Assembly: GCA_050916045.1 (NCBI GenBank)
Contig: CP051526.1
Coordinates: 1,664,001-1,728,000 of the forward strand
From: Tepidisphaera sp.
GTDB taxonomy: Bacteria > Planctomycetota > Phycisphaerae > Phycisphaerales > UBA1924
Direction: 5' to 3'
Length of the DNA stretch: 64,000 nt
A program made the position numbers and the translations under genes. This document shows, in pieces, positions 1-10,413 of the stretch. The notes under the pieces are model-generated. The model was not told the DNA's origin. It did not search any database and saw only the letters and a list, made by a program, of their open reading frames with translations. How positions within the stretch are numbered: position 1 is the first letter of the stretch; every line of letters starts with the position of its first letter.

Positions 1-1
1 G

Positions 2-946
2 GGAGCATGCGAGAAGAAAGCCGCCGACCAGCCCAAGGCAGGGGGGAGCGGTGCCGGCGCGGCACCCGCGAAGAAGGTCCGTGTGGGATTCTCCCAGATC
101 GGGGCTGAAAGCGACTGGCGCAAAGCCAACACCGAGTCGATCAAAGCCGAAGCCGCGGCGCGGGGGTACGAGCTTGTCTTCTCCGACGCTCAGCAGAAGC
201 AGGAGAACCAGATCAAGGCTTTGCGGAGCTTTGTCGCTCAGGGGGTCGACGTGATCGCGTTCTCGCCCGTCGTCGAGACGGGCTGGGAGCCGGTGCTGAA
301 GGAGATCAAGCAAGCCGGGATCCCGGTCGTCCTGACGGATCGCGCGGTTGAGGTCTCGACGCCCGACCTGTTCGTGACGTTCATCGGCGCGGACTTTGTG
401 GAGGAGGGGAGGCGGGCCGCGGCGTGGCTTGGCAAAGCGACCGACGGGAAAGCCGTCGTCGTCGAGCTTCAGGGCACGCCCGGGTCGGCGCCCGCGATCG
501 ACCGCAAGAAGGGGTTTGAAGAGGGGATCAAAGCGTTCTCCGACATCAAGATCATCAAGAGCCAGTCGGGCGAGTTCACGCGGGCCAAGGGGCGCGAAGT
601 GATGGAGTCTTTCCTCAAGAGCCCCGAGGGCAAGCAGATCACCGCTCTGTACGCCCACAACGACGACATGGCGCTGGGCGCGATCCAGGCGATCGAGGAA
701 GCCGGCCTCAAGCCCGGCGTCGACATCAAGATCGTCTCGATCGACGCCGTGAAAGCCGCGTTCGAAGCGATGGTGGCCGGCAAGCTCAACTGCACCGTCG
801 AGTGCAGCCCGCTGCTTGGACCCAAGCTCTTTGACGCGGTGGACGCGATCAAAGCCGGAAAGCCGATCGAGCGGCGCATCGTGACCGACGCGGCCGTCTT
901 CGACCAGACCACCGCCGCGGGCGCGATTGGTTCGCGGAAGTACTAA
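2..946 (+). CDS. Sugar ABC transporter periplasmic binding protein, YtfQ-like (5' end lies outside the window)
   Basis: Frame is open from base 2 (GACEKK..., lipobox-like Cys). GFSQIGAESDWRKANT and AHNDDMALGAIQA motifs; first gene of an ABC operon. Confidence 0.9.
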   Translation, partial: GACEKKAADQPKAGGSGAGAAPAKKVRVGFSQIGAESDWRKANTESIKAEAAARGYELVFSDAQQKQENQIKALRSFVAQGVDVIAFSPVVETGWEPVLKEIKQAGIPVVLTDRAVEVSTPDLFVTFIGADFVEEGRRAAAWLGKATDGKAVVVELQGTPGSAPAIDRKKGFEEGIKAFSDIKIIKSQSGEFTRAKGREVMESFLKSPEGKQITALYAHNDDMALGAIQAIEEAGLKPGVDIKIVSIDAVKAAFEAMVAGKLNCTVECSPLLGPKLFDAVDAIKAGKPIERRIVTDAAVFDQTTAAGAIGSRKY

Positions 947-947
947 G

Positions 948-2492
948 GTGGCCGGCATCGACGAACGCAACGCGACCGGCGAGGATCGGCCGCTTCTCCA
1001 AGCGAACGGCCTCGTGGTTCGCTTCGGTCCTGTACGGGCGCTCGAGGGCGTCAGCCTGACCGTGCGGGCGGGCGAGGTCCAGGCTTTGCTTGGCGAGAAC
1101 GGAGCGGGAAAGAGCACGCTGATCAAGTGTCTGAGCGGCGTGGTACGACCGACCGCAGGTCAGATCGTCCTGGAAGGCAAGCCGATCGAGCCCGAGTCAC
1201 CGCACGATGCCGAGCGTCTCGGGATCGCCACGGTGTTTCAGGAAGTGGGGCTGATCCCGCACCTGTCCGTCGCCGAGAACATCTGCCTGGGCCGCGAGCC
1301 GGGGCGTCGGTTCTTTCGTGGGCTGATCGATTGGAAAGCCGTGCGGTCGCGGGCGAGACTCGCGATGGAGCGGCTGGGGCTGGGCGGCCTTGATGTGGAT
1401 CGCGAGCTTGGCACCTGCTCTGTCGCGGTGCAGCAGATGGTGGCGATCGCGCGGGCTCTGGATGTTCGTGCGCGGGTGCTGATTCTGGATGAGCCGACGT
1501 CGAGCCTGGACCGCGATGAATGTGGCAGGCTGCTCGGCGTGATCCGGCAGCTTCGGTCGCAGGGGCTGGGCATCGTCTTCATCTCGCACTTTCTGGATCA
1601 GGTGGAGGCGATCGCGGATCGGGTGACGATTCTTCGCGACGGGACGCTCGTGGGGTCGTTCGATGCCGGGGCGCTGACGCGGCCCAAGCTGATCTCACTG
1701 ATGGTCGGCCGCGAATTTGAACCGGCGACGAGTCGCGGGCACGGTGCCGGAGCGATGACGGAAGCCGGCTCTCTCCTCAGCCTCCGCGGGATTGGCCGAG
1801 CGGGGATGGTCGAGAGCGTTGACGTTGACGTTGCGACGGGCGGGGTCGTCGGTCTGGCCGGTCTTCTCGGATCCGGTCGGAGCGAGACGGCACGACTGGT
1901 GTTCGGTGCGGACACCGCGACGCGCGGCACGATGAGCTTTCGCGGGAAGGCTTCGCGGTTCACCACGCCGCGGCAAGCGATCGCGAGCGGGATCGGGATG
2001 CTCCCGGAGAACCGGAAGGAGCAGGGGATCTTCCCGTCGCTTTCTGTGGTTGAGAATCTGGTCGTGTCGCTCCGGGCGCGTGACGGGGCGTTCGCGAAGC
2101 TTTCGTTCCGGGCGCAGGTCGCGCTGGCGGAGCAGTTCGTGCGGCTGCTCGGCATCAAGACGCCGGACGTTCACGCACGGATCAGCGGGCTTTCGGGTGG
2201 GAATCAGCAGAAGGTGCTTCTCGCGCGGTGGTTTGCGACACGGCCGGTGCTTCTGATTCTCGACGAACCGACGCGCGGGATCGACATCGCGGCCAAAGCG
2301 GATGTCTTGCGTGCGGTGGACCGGCTTCGCGAAGACGGAACAGCGGTGCTTTTCATCAGTTCGGAGCTTGAGGAGGTGACGCGGATCTGCGGGCGCGTGG
2401 TGGTGCTCCGTGATCGGCGGAGCGTCGCGCATCTGGAAGGGAGCGAGATCACCGAGCAGGCCGTGCTTGCCGCGGTGGCGCAGACGACATGA
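948..2492 (+). CDS. Sugar ABC transporter ATP-binding protein (two ABC domains)
   Basis: Walker A GENGAGKS, two LILDEPT Walker B motifs, LSGGNQQK signature. GTG start 1 nt after the upstream stop. Confidence 0.93.
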   Translation: MAGIDERNATGEDRPLLQANGLVVRFGPVRALEGVSLTVRAGEVQALLGENGAGKSTLIKCLSGVVRPTAGQIVLEGKPIEPESPHDAERLGIATVFQEVGLIPHLSVAENICLGREPGRRFFRGLIDWKAVRSRARLAMERLGLGGLDVDRELGTCSVAVQQMVAIARALDVRARVLILDEPTSSLDRDECGRLLGVIRQLRSQGLGIVFISHFLDQVEAIADRVTILRDGTLVGSFDAGALTRPKLISLMVGREFEPATSRGHGAGAMTEAGSLLSLRGIGRAGMVESVDVDVATGGVVGLAGLLGSGRSETARLVFGADTATRGTMSFRGKASRFTTPRQAIASGIGMLPENRKEQGIFPSLSVVENLVVSLRARDGAFAKLSFRAQVALAEQFVRLLGIKTPDVHARISGLSGGNQQKVLLARWFATRPVLLILDEPTRGIDIAAKADVLRAVDRLREDGTAVLFISSELEEVTRICGRVVVLRDRRSVAHLEGSEITEQAVLAAVAQTT

Positions 2493-3505
2493 ACCTTTCA
2501 ACTCACCCATGGCGTCGCGGGCTGAGGTCGCTGGCGTGGCCGCTGGCGGCGCTCGCGCTGCTTCTGGCGTTCAACGCGGCGTTCATGCCCGGTTTCTTCG
2601 CGGTGGAAGCTCGCGACGGGCGGTTGTATGGCGTGGTGGTGGACATTCTGAACCACGGGTCGCGTACGGCGCTGGTGGCTTTGGGCATGACGCTGGTCAT
2701 CGCGACGGGCGGCGTGGATCTCTCGGTCGGGGCGGTCGCGGCGATCGCGGGAGCGGTGACGGCGACGCTTCTGGTGCAGGCGCAGGTTCCGTGGCCGGCG
2801 GCGATGGCGGGCGCGATGATGCTCGGAGCCTGCTGCGGAGTGTGGAACGGTGTGTGCGTGTCGGTGTTCAAGCTTCAGCCGATCGTGGCGACGCTGGTGC
2901 TGATGGTGGCGGGTCGCGGGGTGGCGCAGCTCATCACGGGGGGATCGATCATCACGTTTGAGAGTGCGCCGCTGGCGGCCATCGGGAACGGCTCGTTCCT
3001 GGGGCTTCCGATCCCGGTCACGATGCTCGCGGTTGCTGCGATCGGGCTTCAGATTCTTGTGCGGCGGAGTGCTCTGGGGCTGTACATCGAGTGCGTGGGG
3101 GACAATCCGGTCGCGGCGAGGCTCGCGGGGATTCCGGATCGGGCGGTGATGATCTTTGTGTACGGGCTCTGCGGCCTGCTCGCGGCGGCGGCGGGCGTCA
3201 TCGAATGTTCGTACATCAAAGCCGCCGACGCGAACAACGCGGGGTCTCTTCTCGAACTTGACGCCATTCTCGCGGTTGTGATCGGCGGGACGGCCCTGAG
3301 CGGGGGCCGGTTCTCGTTCGCGGGGACGATTGTGGGCGCGATGCTGATGCAGACGCTGACCAAGACGCTTTACATGCACGATGTGTCGGCGGAGATCGCG
3401 CCGGCGCCGAAGGCTCTGGTCGTGCTCATGGTCTGCTTGCTTCAGGCACCGCGCGTGCGGGATTGGCTGTCCGGGTGGTGGGGGCGTCGCGGGGGTGGCG
3501 CATGA
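2489..3505 (+). CDS. Sugar ABC transporter permease, YtfT-like
   Basis: Hydrophobic; GMTLVIATGGVDLSVG and ELDAILAVVIGGT motifs; ATGA overlap with the ATPase gene. Confidence 0.92.
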   Translation: MNLSTHPWRRGLRSLAWPLAALALLLAFNAAFMPGFFAVEARDGRLYGVVVDILNHGSRTALVALGMTLVIATGGVDLSVGAVAAIAGAVTATLLVQAQVPWPAAMAGAMMLGACCGVWNGVCVSVFKLQPIVATLVLMVAGRGVAQLITGGSIITFESAPLAAIGNGSFLGLPIPVTMLAVAAIGLQILVRRSALGLYIECVGDNPVAARLAGIPDRAVMIFVYGLCGLLAAAAGVIECSYIKAADANNAGSLLELDAILAVVIGGTALSGGRFSFAGTIVGAMLMQTLTKTLYMHDVSAEIAPAPKALVVLMVCLLQAPRVRDWLSGWWGRRGGGA

Positions 3506-4497
3506 AGCTGCACAAGTGGGTCTCGCTGACGCCGGTGCTCGCGACGTGCGTGCTTCTCGTCGGGCTTTTCGCGTTCGGAGCGGTGAGCTACCCGAACTTT
3601 GCCTCAGTCGGGGTGGTGCGGAACCTGCTCGTGGACAACGCGTTCCTCGTGGTGGCGGCGATCGGCATGACGTTCGTCATTATCTCGGGGGGGATCGACC
3701 TTTCCGTCGGAGCGGTGATGGCGTTCTCGGCGACGCTGGCCGCGGCGCTGATCGAGGCGCACGGGCTTCATCCGCTGGCGGCGGCGGGGGTGGTGATCGC
3801 GGTGGGACTCGCGTTCGGGCTGGTTCAGGGCGTGCTGATCGCGATGCTTGAAGTGCCGCCGTTCATGGTGACGCTCGCGGGCATGTTCCTGGCTCGCGGA
3901 GCGGCGTTCGCCGTGCATCCGCAGTCGCGCGGCGTGACGCACCCGTTCGTCGGGACGACGCTGAACGAGACGCTCGCGATTCATCTTCCCATCGGTGCCC
4001 GCGGCGTCGTGATCCCGCCGACGGTGGTCGTGATGTTCGTGCTGCTTGCCCTGGCGTGGGTGCTTCTGCGACACGCGAGGTTCGGGCGATCGGTGTACGC
4101 GGTGGGTGATGACGCGGCGGCGGCGCGGCTGATGGGGCTTGCGGTGCGGAGAGTCAAGGTCGGGGCGTACGCGCTCTGCGGGTGCACGTCGGCGGTCGCG
4201 GGGCTTCTGTTCGCGTTGTACCAGCAGTCGGGTGATCCGGCCTCGTGCAAGGGGATGGAGCTCGACGTAATCGCGGCGGTGATCATCGGGGGCACGCTTC
4301 TGAAGGGCGGAGCGGGTTCGGTGATCGGGTCGTTCGCGGGCGTGATGATCCTTGGGCTGATCCAGACGATCATCAGCTTTCAGGGCGATCTGAGCTCCTG
4401 GTGGACGCGGATCGTGGCGGGCGGGCTGGTGCTGGCGTTCTTGCTGCTTCACCAAGGGATCGGGGTGGTGGCCAGGCGTGTGGCGCGGTCAGGTTGA
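3502..4497 (+). CDS. Sugar ABC transporter permease, YjfF-like
   Basis: GMTFVIISGGIDLSVG and ELDVIAAVIIGGT motifs; ATGA overlap at 3502. Confidence 0.92.
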   Translation: MKLHKWVSLTPVLATCVLLVGLFAFGAVSYPNFASVGVVRNLLVDNAFLVVAAIGMTFVIISGGIDLSVGAVMAFSATLAAALIEAHGLHPLAAAGVVIAVGLAFGLVQGVLIAMLEVPPFMVTLAGMFLARGAAFAVHPQSRGVTHPFVGTTLNETLAIHLPIGARGVVIPPTVVVMFVLLALAWVLLRHARFGRSVYAVGDDAAAARLMGLAVRRVKVGAYALCGCTSAVAGLLFALYQQSGDPASCKGMELDVIAAVIIGGTLLKGGAGSVIGSFAGVMILGLIQTIISFQGDLSSWWTRIVAGGLVLAFLLLHQGIGVVARRVARSG

Positions 4498-4523
4498 CCG
4501 CAGAGCTGACCGCGGGAGCGGCC

Positions 4524-4577
4524 GACCCGCCAGCGGAACCGCCAAGAGACCCGCCAGCGGACCTGCCGGCGGAACCG
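4524..4577. repeat. Imperfect 12-bp tandem repeat, about 4.5 copies
   Basis: gacccgccagcg gaaccgccaaga gacccgccagcg gacctgccggcg gaaccg. Confidence 0.6.
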
Positions 4578-4645
4578 TCTCGTTCCAAAAACGCAAAAGG
4601 GACCCGCCAAGCGAGCCCTTTCATCGGTCTCTGCAACGATTGAAG

Positions 4646-4718
<73 letters not shown>

Positions 4719-5079
4719 GGACGCTCGGACGCCTCAAGCGGGCCTGGCCGGGTGGCGAGGGACGCTTTGGGCGGCTGAGGAGGCAATACTAGGCGGGAAT
4801 TACCGGGCTTCAACTGGGGCGGCCGCATTCCGCGATGCGCGCGGCATTCCGGCCCGGCGGCGGCGCCCCGAGCCGACCGGCGGACCGGCCGACGGGAGGT
4901 GGGAGGTGCCGGCGGATGGGACGATGTTCCCGGGGATCGGCAAGAGGGGTGGGGGACGGCCGTTGACCCGCGTCGGGAGGCCGCTAGAATCCCCGCTCAC
5001 AGGTCCCAAACGGCTCGGGCCGTAGGGTCGGTGTTGAGGAACCCGACGAGGATGGTCTCAGGGTTCCAAGGAAGGTCCG

Positions 5080-5280
5080 ATGCTCCCCCCACAACGAGTC
5101 AGCTATGGCCGTACGCGTCGCCGCCGCACCCATCACGCCATGACCGGCGCGATCCCGACGGTCTGCCCGCTCTCCGGCATGCCCAAGCAGCACCACCGTG
5201 CGTGCGTCGAGTCCGGCTACGTCCGTCCGGGCCTGCGCATCAAGGTGCCCAAGCTCGGCATCGGCGTCTCCAAGAACTAA
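5080..5280 (+). CDS. rpmF: 50S ribosomal protein L32
   Basis: 66 aa, basic; RTRRRRTH...CP...HRAC..SGY pattern; sits upstream of fabH as in the usual rpmF-fab context. Confidence 0.85.
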   Translation: MLPPQRVSYGRTRRRRTHHAMTGAIPTVCPLSGMPKQHHRACVESGYVRPGLRIKVPKLGIGVSKN

Positions 5281-5465
5281 CCACTGAATTCGATCCGCAT
5301 CCGCCGCTGCGCCGACATGGCGCGCTCGGAAGCGTTTCACGAGCGTGACCGCCGGGGCCCTGGGCCTCGGCGGTCTTCGTTTGGTGGGACATCGCGACAA
5401 CAATCGGCTATGGTTTCGTGAAGTTGGCCGCATCCAGATTCCTCCGATCGCTTTTTGGAGTTCGC

Positions 5466-6503
5466 GTGAGTACACCGATCCCTTCGAATGGCAGATCCGC
5501 GTCCGGTCCTCGAGGCGTCCGCATTCTCGGTACGGGCTCGTCGTTTCCCAAGCGGGTCGTCACCAACCACGATCTCGAGAAGATCATGGACACCTCCGAC
5601 GAGTGGATCGTCCAGCGTTCGGGCATCCACGAACGCCGGCACCACGACGTCGCTACCGGCGAAACCACGAGCAAACTCGCGTCCGAAGCCGTTCAGGCGG
5701 CCCTTGCGGCTTCCGCCATGTCCGCGACCGATCTTGACCTCATCCTCGTCGGAACGATGACCCCGGAGTGCCCGACGCCCTCGGTAGCTTGCAACGTGGC
5801 CCACCGGATCGGAGCGGGCCAGATCGGCGCTATGGACCTCAACGCGGCGTGCTCGGGGTTCGTCTTTTCCCTCAATCTGGCCCACGACCTCATCCGCGGC
5901 GGTTCGTACCGCACGGTTGCGGTGGTCGGAGCTGACTGCATCACCCGGCACTGCGACATGACCACCTACGGCCGCGCCGTGAGTGTGCTTTTCGGCGACG
6001 CCGCGGGCGCGGTCATCGTGCAAGCGACCGATGACGCGTCCAAGGGCATCCTCGCCCAGGCGATGCACTCCGACGGCGGCGGAGCCCGGCACCTCTTCAT
6101 CCCCTCGCACATGTCGGACTTCCCCGAAGGCATCACCGGCGAGGAACGCCAACTCAACTGCATCCAGATGAACGGTCAGGCCGTCTTCAAGTTCGCCGTG
6201 ACGACCTTTCCCAAGCTCATCGAGCAGACGCTCGACATGGCGAACGTCCGGGCCGATGAGGTCGACCACTACGTCTGCCACCAGTCCAACCTGCGGATCC
6301 TCGACGCGGCCCGCGAGCGATTCGGCTTGGGGTCGGAAAAGCTCCACGTCAACATCAGCAAGTACGGCAACACCGTCGGCGCGTCCGTGCCGCTGGTGCT
6401 TGACGACCTCGCGAAGGCCGGCCGCCTCAAGCCAGGCCAGAAGGTCATGTTCCTCGCGTTCGGCGCCGGCCTGACGTGGGGCAGCAGCCTGTGGCAGTGT
6501 TGA
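5466..6503 (+). CDS. fabH: 3-oxoacyl-ACP synthase III
   Basis: DTSDEWIVQRSGI, AACSGF (catalytic Cys), FGDAAGA, HQSNLRI, YGNT, GAGLTWG. Start placed at the GTG after a GGAG RBS. Confidence 0.93.
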   Translation: MSTPIPSNGRSASGPRGVRILGTGSSFPKRVVTNHDLEKIMDTSDEWIVQRSGIHERRHHDVATGETTSKLASEAVQAALAASAMSATDLDLILVGTMTPECPTPSVACNVAHRIGAGQIGAMDLNAACSGFVFSLNLAHDLIRGGSYRTVAVVGADCITRHCDMTTYGRAVSVLFGDAAGAVIVQATDDASKGILAQAMHSDGGGARHLFIPSHMSDFPEGITGEERQLNCIQMNGQAVFKFAVTTFPKLIEQTLDMANVRADEVDHYVCHQSNLRILDAARERFGLGSEKLHVNISKYGNTVGASVPLVLDDLAKAGRLKPGQKVMFLAFGAGLTWGSSLWQC

Positions 6504-6572
6504 CGGGCAGGTAGGCCCGCTGGCGATTCCTTCAGGCTGCGCGGGCGGCTAAGCCGCCGGTTACCATCGCCC

Positions 6573-7757
6573 ATGCACGTCGCTCGCTCGCTTCAACCCT
6601 TCGGCACGTCCATCTTCGCAGAGATGACGATGCTGGCCAATGCTCACAAAGCGGTCAACCTCGCGCAGGGGTTTCCCGACTTTGACGGCCCCGCCGTCGC
6701 GAAGGATGCCGCGATCGCGGCGATCAACGCCGGGCACAACCAGTACGCCCGCATGTTTGGGGCACCGCCCCTGAACAAAGCCATCGCTGATCTTTGGCAC
6801 CGCCGCACCGGCTCGCACGTCGACCCCGAGACTCACGTCACCGTCACCAGCGGGTGCACCGAAGCCATCCCCGCGTCGCTTATGGGTGTGCTCAACGCGG
6901 GCGACGAGGTGGTGATGTTCGAGCCTTTTTACGACAGCTACCGGGCCGTGGTTGCGATGGTGGGAGCGGTCCCGAAGGTCGTGACGCTTCGGGCGCCGGC
7001 CCGGGCCGGCGATCCGTTCTGGTTCGACGCGGACGAACTCAAGCGAGCCTTTACCGACAAGACTCGGGTGCTGCTCCTGAACACGCCGCACAACCCGACC
7101 GGCAAGGTCTTTACCCGCGAGGAACTCAACCTGCTCGCCGACCTCTGCCAGAAGCACAACGCGATCGCGGTCGTCGATGAGGTCTATGAACGCCTGACGT
7201 ACGACGACAAGCACCCGCACCTGTCCCTGGCCACGCTCCCGGGCATGGCGGACCGGACGATCACCCTTGGAAGCCTGGGGAAGAGCTACAACCTGACCGG
7301 GTGGAAAGTGGGCTGGGCTGTCGCGTGGCCCGAGTTGAGCAAAGCGGTGCGGGCCGCTCACCAGTTCCTGACCTTCGCCACGGCCACGCCGATGCAGTGG
7401 GGGGCCGCGGCGATCCTCGAGAACGGCGAGGCGACGATCGCTTCGACGCGGGCGATGTTCCGTGAGAACCGAGACAAGCTTTCGGCCGCGTTGGCCGAGA
7501 TCGGGTTCCGCGTCTTCCGAGCGGACGGCACCTACTTCCTGATGGTGGACCACACCCCGGTGTCGCGCGGGCTCCGGCTTGCGGATGATCGGGCGTTCTG
7601 CCGCTGGTTGACGGAAAAGGCGGGGGTCGCGGCGATCCCTCCCACGCCGTTCTATGTCAACGAAGAGCACGGTCGGCCGCTGGCGCGGTTCGCGTACTGC
7701 AAGAAGCCGGAGACGATCGACGAAGCGATCCGCCGGCTCCGCAGAATCGCGGACTGA
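6573..7757 (+). CDS. PLP-dependent aminotransferase class I/II (YbdL-like)
   Basis: NLAQGFPDF, NTPHNPTGKVF, DEVYE, SLGKSYNLTGWKVGW motifs. Confidence 0.92.
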   Translation: MHVARSLQPFGTSIFAEMTMLANAHKAVNLAQGFPDFDGPAVAKDAAIAAINAGHNQYARMFGAPPLNKAIADLWHRRTGSHVDPETHVTVTSGCTEAIPASLMGVLNAGDEVVMFEPFYDSYRAVVAMVGAVPKVVTLRAPARAGDPFWFDADELKRAFTDKTRVLLLNTPHNPTGKVFTREELNLLADLCQKHNAIAVVDEVYERLTYDDKHPHLSLATLPGMADRTITLGSLGKSYNLTGWKVGWAVAWPELSKAVRAAHQFLTFATATPMQWGAAAILENGEATIASTRAMFRENRDKLSAALAEIGFRVFRADGTYFLMVDHTPVSRGLRLADDRAFCRWLTEKAGVAAIPPTPFYVNEEHGRPLARFAYCKKPETIDEAIRRLRRIAD

Positions 7758-7811
7758 TCGGACCTTGGCCTGCAACATAGGCACACGGGTGAGGTATACC
7801 GTCCGCTGCCC

Positions 7812-9179
7812 ATGCCCCCCGTCACCGGTCAAGAGCCCGAGCCCGCGAAACACGATGCGTACGCCGCGCTGCGGGACACGAACTATCGCCGGTACGTGCT
7901 GGGCTTTATCTGCGCCGCGATCGGGCTTCAGGCCCTCGCAACCGCGGTGGGGTGGGAGGTGTACGAGCAGACGCGGAGCACGACGCTTCTGGGTCTGACC
8001 GGGCTGGCCCGCGTGCTCCCGGTGCTGCTTCTCGCGCTGCCGGCGGGGCACACGGCGGACGTCTTCGAGCGGCGGGTGATCATCGCGATCTCGCAGGTCG
8101 GGTTCGCGGTCAGCGCGGCGTTTCTGGCGATCGTGTCGTTCTCGGAAGGGTCGATCTGGCTGATCTATCTGCTGCTGCTCCTCTCGGGGTGCTGCCGCGC
8201 GTTCAACGGCCCGGCTCGCGGGTCGTTCCTGCCGACCATCGTGCCGCGCGAGGTGTTCGAGAACGCGGTGGCCTGGACGAGCACGGCGTTCCAGCTTTCC
8301 GCGATGGTGGGGCCGATCCTTGCCGGCGGGTTGATCTACCTCGTCGGCAAAGCGTGGCCCGCGTATCTCCTCTGCGCCGTCTGCAACCTCATCTTCGCGA
8401 TCACGGTTTTCGGCATCAAGCCGCTGGTCAAGCCCAGCTCGACCGGCAAGTACACGTTCGAATCGATGATCGCCGGGATGAGCCATCTCTGGCGTGAGAG
8501 GACGATCTTCGGCGCCATCACCCTCGACCTGCTGGCGGTGCTTTTCGGCGGAGCGACGGCCTTGCTGCCGGTTTTCGCCAAGGACATCCTGACCAATCGG
8601 CCGGTGGATGCGGCGGTGGAGCCGGGGTTGCTGCACGAGGTCATGAACAACGACGCAATCGTGCTTGGGGCGCTGCGGGCTTCGACGTACATCGGGGCGT
8701 TCCTGATGGGGATCTTTCTCGCGCACCGGGCGCCGTTCCGCCGGTCCGGGCGAACGCTTCTCTGGTCGGTGGCCGGGTTCGGCGTGGCGATGATCGTCTT
8801 CGGGGTGTCGAAGAACCTCTGGCTCAGCCTCGCGGCTCTCTTCCTCGCCGGCGCGCTCGACCAGGTGTCGGTGGTCGTGCGGCACGTGCTGATCCAGGTC
8901 CGCACGCCCGACCACCTCCGCGGCCGGGTCGGCGCGGTGAACTCGGTCTTCATCGAGTGCAGCAACGAGCTTGGAGCCCTCGAAAGCGGGCTTCTCGCGC
9001 GGGCGATCGGACCGGTGCTGACGGTGGTCGCTGGAGGTATCGGAACGATCTTCGTGGCCGGCGGCATCGGCGCCGCGTTCCCCGAGCTTCGACGCTTGGG
9101 CCCCCTCCGCGAAGCCGAGCTGCCAACTGTCGGTACCGTGCCCGACGAAGCGACCGCGTCCGCTCCGGCAAGAAGTTGA
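7812..9179 (+). CDS. MFS transporter (EntS/MFS_3-like)
   Basis: About 12 hydrophobic segments; GHTADVFERR motif A; TPDHLRGRV. Confidence 0.88.
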   Translation: MPPVTGQEPEPAKHDAYAALRDTNYRRYVLGFICAAIGLQALATAVGWEVYEQTRSTTLLGLTGLARVLPVLLLALPAGHTADVFERRVIIAISQVGFAVSAAFLAIVSFSEGSIWLIYLLLLLSGCCRAFNGPARGSFLPTIVPREVFENAVAWTSTAFQLSAMVGPILAGGLIYLVGKAWPAYLLCAVCNLIFAITVFGIKPLVKPSSTGKYTFESMIAGMSHLWRERTIFGAITLDLLAVLFGGATALLPVFAKDILTNRPVDAAVEPGLLHEVMNNDAIVLGALRASTYIGAFLMGIFLAHRAPFRRSGRTLLWSVAGFGVAMIVFGVSKNLWLSLAALFLAGALDQVSVVVRHVLIQVRTPDHLRGRVGAVNSVFIECSNELGALESGLLARAIGPVLTVVAGGIGTIFVAGGIGAAFPELRRLGPLREAELPTVGTVPDEATASAPARS

Positions 9180-9182
9180 GCG

Positions 9183-10373
9183 TCAGGCCAACGCCAGCGA
9201 ACGCAGGAACGACGCCAGCTCCGCACGCGTCGGGCTCTTGGCTTCCCGGACGTAAAACCCGCTTGTCGCTGTTCCCGCCGCGAGACACTGAGCAATCGGA
9301 AGCCCCGCTGCGGCCGCCGTCGCGTACCCGGCGTTGAAGTGATCCCCCGCGCCGGTGGAGAGCTTGGGTGACTCGCAGAACGGCCCGTCGAACCAGCACG
9401 ACTCGCTTTCGGTCGCGGCCGCGGCGCCCTCGCGCGGGTGAATGACGACCGACGTCAGGCCGAGCGCCGCACGAATGTCGACCGCAGCCCGCCGCACCGC
9501 TTCCGGCGGTCGCGATACGGTGTTCTTGAACGCCCCGTCCGCGCCGAGCGCGGCCGCGACGATCTCGGATTCCATGAGGTTGAGCCCGAGCGTGACCCGG
9601 CAGCCCGGCACTCGGTCCATCGCGACCAGCGATGACATGCACGCTCTGAGCTCATCCCGCGAGCGGGGCGTGGGGTCGGCGAGATCGACGAAAAGCGTCC
9701 GCGGCTTGGTTGGAGCGGGAAGCGAGGGCAAAAGCTCCTGTCCGAAGAAGGTGAGCAAGTCGGCAACACCGCCCATCAGCGACCAATTCACAAGCCCGAT
9801 CAGATCCGCATCGCCCACCGCGCGACGGAGGCCCTCGGCCCCGAAGGCTTCGATCAGCGATCCGCGGGTGACCTTCTGGACGTTCGTCCGATCGTTGAGC
9901 ATGAGCTTGCCGTCGGCGAACTCGTAGCACGCGGTGGTCGAAGGCTCGGCGAGCGTCACCACCCGCGAGCATCGCTCGGCGAAGGGGACGAAGACCGGGT
10001 GGAGCGAGCTGTTGACCCCGCCTGTTCCGACGGCTCCGGCGTACGTGACCGAGAAACCGAGGGACCCAAGGGCCCCGGCCATGAGCGGACCGTTCCCGCC
10101 GAACCGGGCTTCGTGCAGGACCGTCTCGATGTTGGTGCTCTTGCCGGCGGCGGCTTTGATGCGGTCGGCGAACTCCGACATCGTGCGCACGGGCGTGTAG
10201 TCATCGGCGGCCATCGAGGCGCGGGAGGCCACCGGCCGCAGGATCAGGTCGATGAATCCGTCAAAGCCGACGAACGCACGGGTCGGGGGGAGGGCGGCAA
10301 GGGCGTTCGCGGCGGCGGTAAGCGTGGAAGCGCGGTCGGTGGTCAACGGCGGGTCTCCTGACGGTCGCAACAT
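9183..10373 (-). CDS. PfkB/ribokinase-fold carbohydrate kinase family protein
   Basis: GGNG near the N-terminus; C-terminal STGAGDHFNAG anion-hole motif. Start uncertain. Confidence 0.8.
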   Translation of the reverse strand: MLRPSGDPPLTTDRASTLTAAANALAALPPTRAFVGFDGFIDLILRPVASRASMAADDYTPVRTMSEFADRIKAAAGKSTNIETVLHEARFGGNGPLMAGALGSLGFSVTYAGAVGTGGVNSSLHPVFVPFAERCSRVVTLAEPSTTACYEFADGKLMLNDRTNVQKVTRGSLIEAFGAEGLRRAVGDADLIGLVNWSLMGGVADLLTFFGQELLPSLPAPTKPRTLFVDLADPTPRSRDELRACMSSLVAMDRVPGCRVTLGLNLMESEIVAAALGADGAFKNTVSRPPEAVRRAAVDIRAALGLTSVVIHPREGAAAATESESCWFDGPFCESPKLSTGAGDHFNAGYATAAAAGLPIAQCLAAGTATSGFYVREAKSPTRAELASFLRSLALA

Positions 10374-10413
10374 CCTACCCCGCTTGGGCGCGGTTCATGC
10401 GCAACAATCGGGC

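Noticed and set aside
4524..4577. 12-bp tandem repeat beside tRNA-Lys as an att site or iteron set
   Set aside because: No second copy of the tRNA end and no rep gene; kept only as a simple repeat.
6561..8915. 784-aa minus-strand ORF, and other long antisense ORFs such as 14122-16323, 15369-17405 and 19620-21311
   Set aside because: Shadows of well-supported genes on the opposite strand; expected in high-GC DNA; no motifs.
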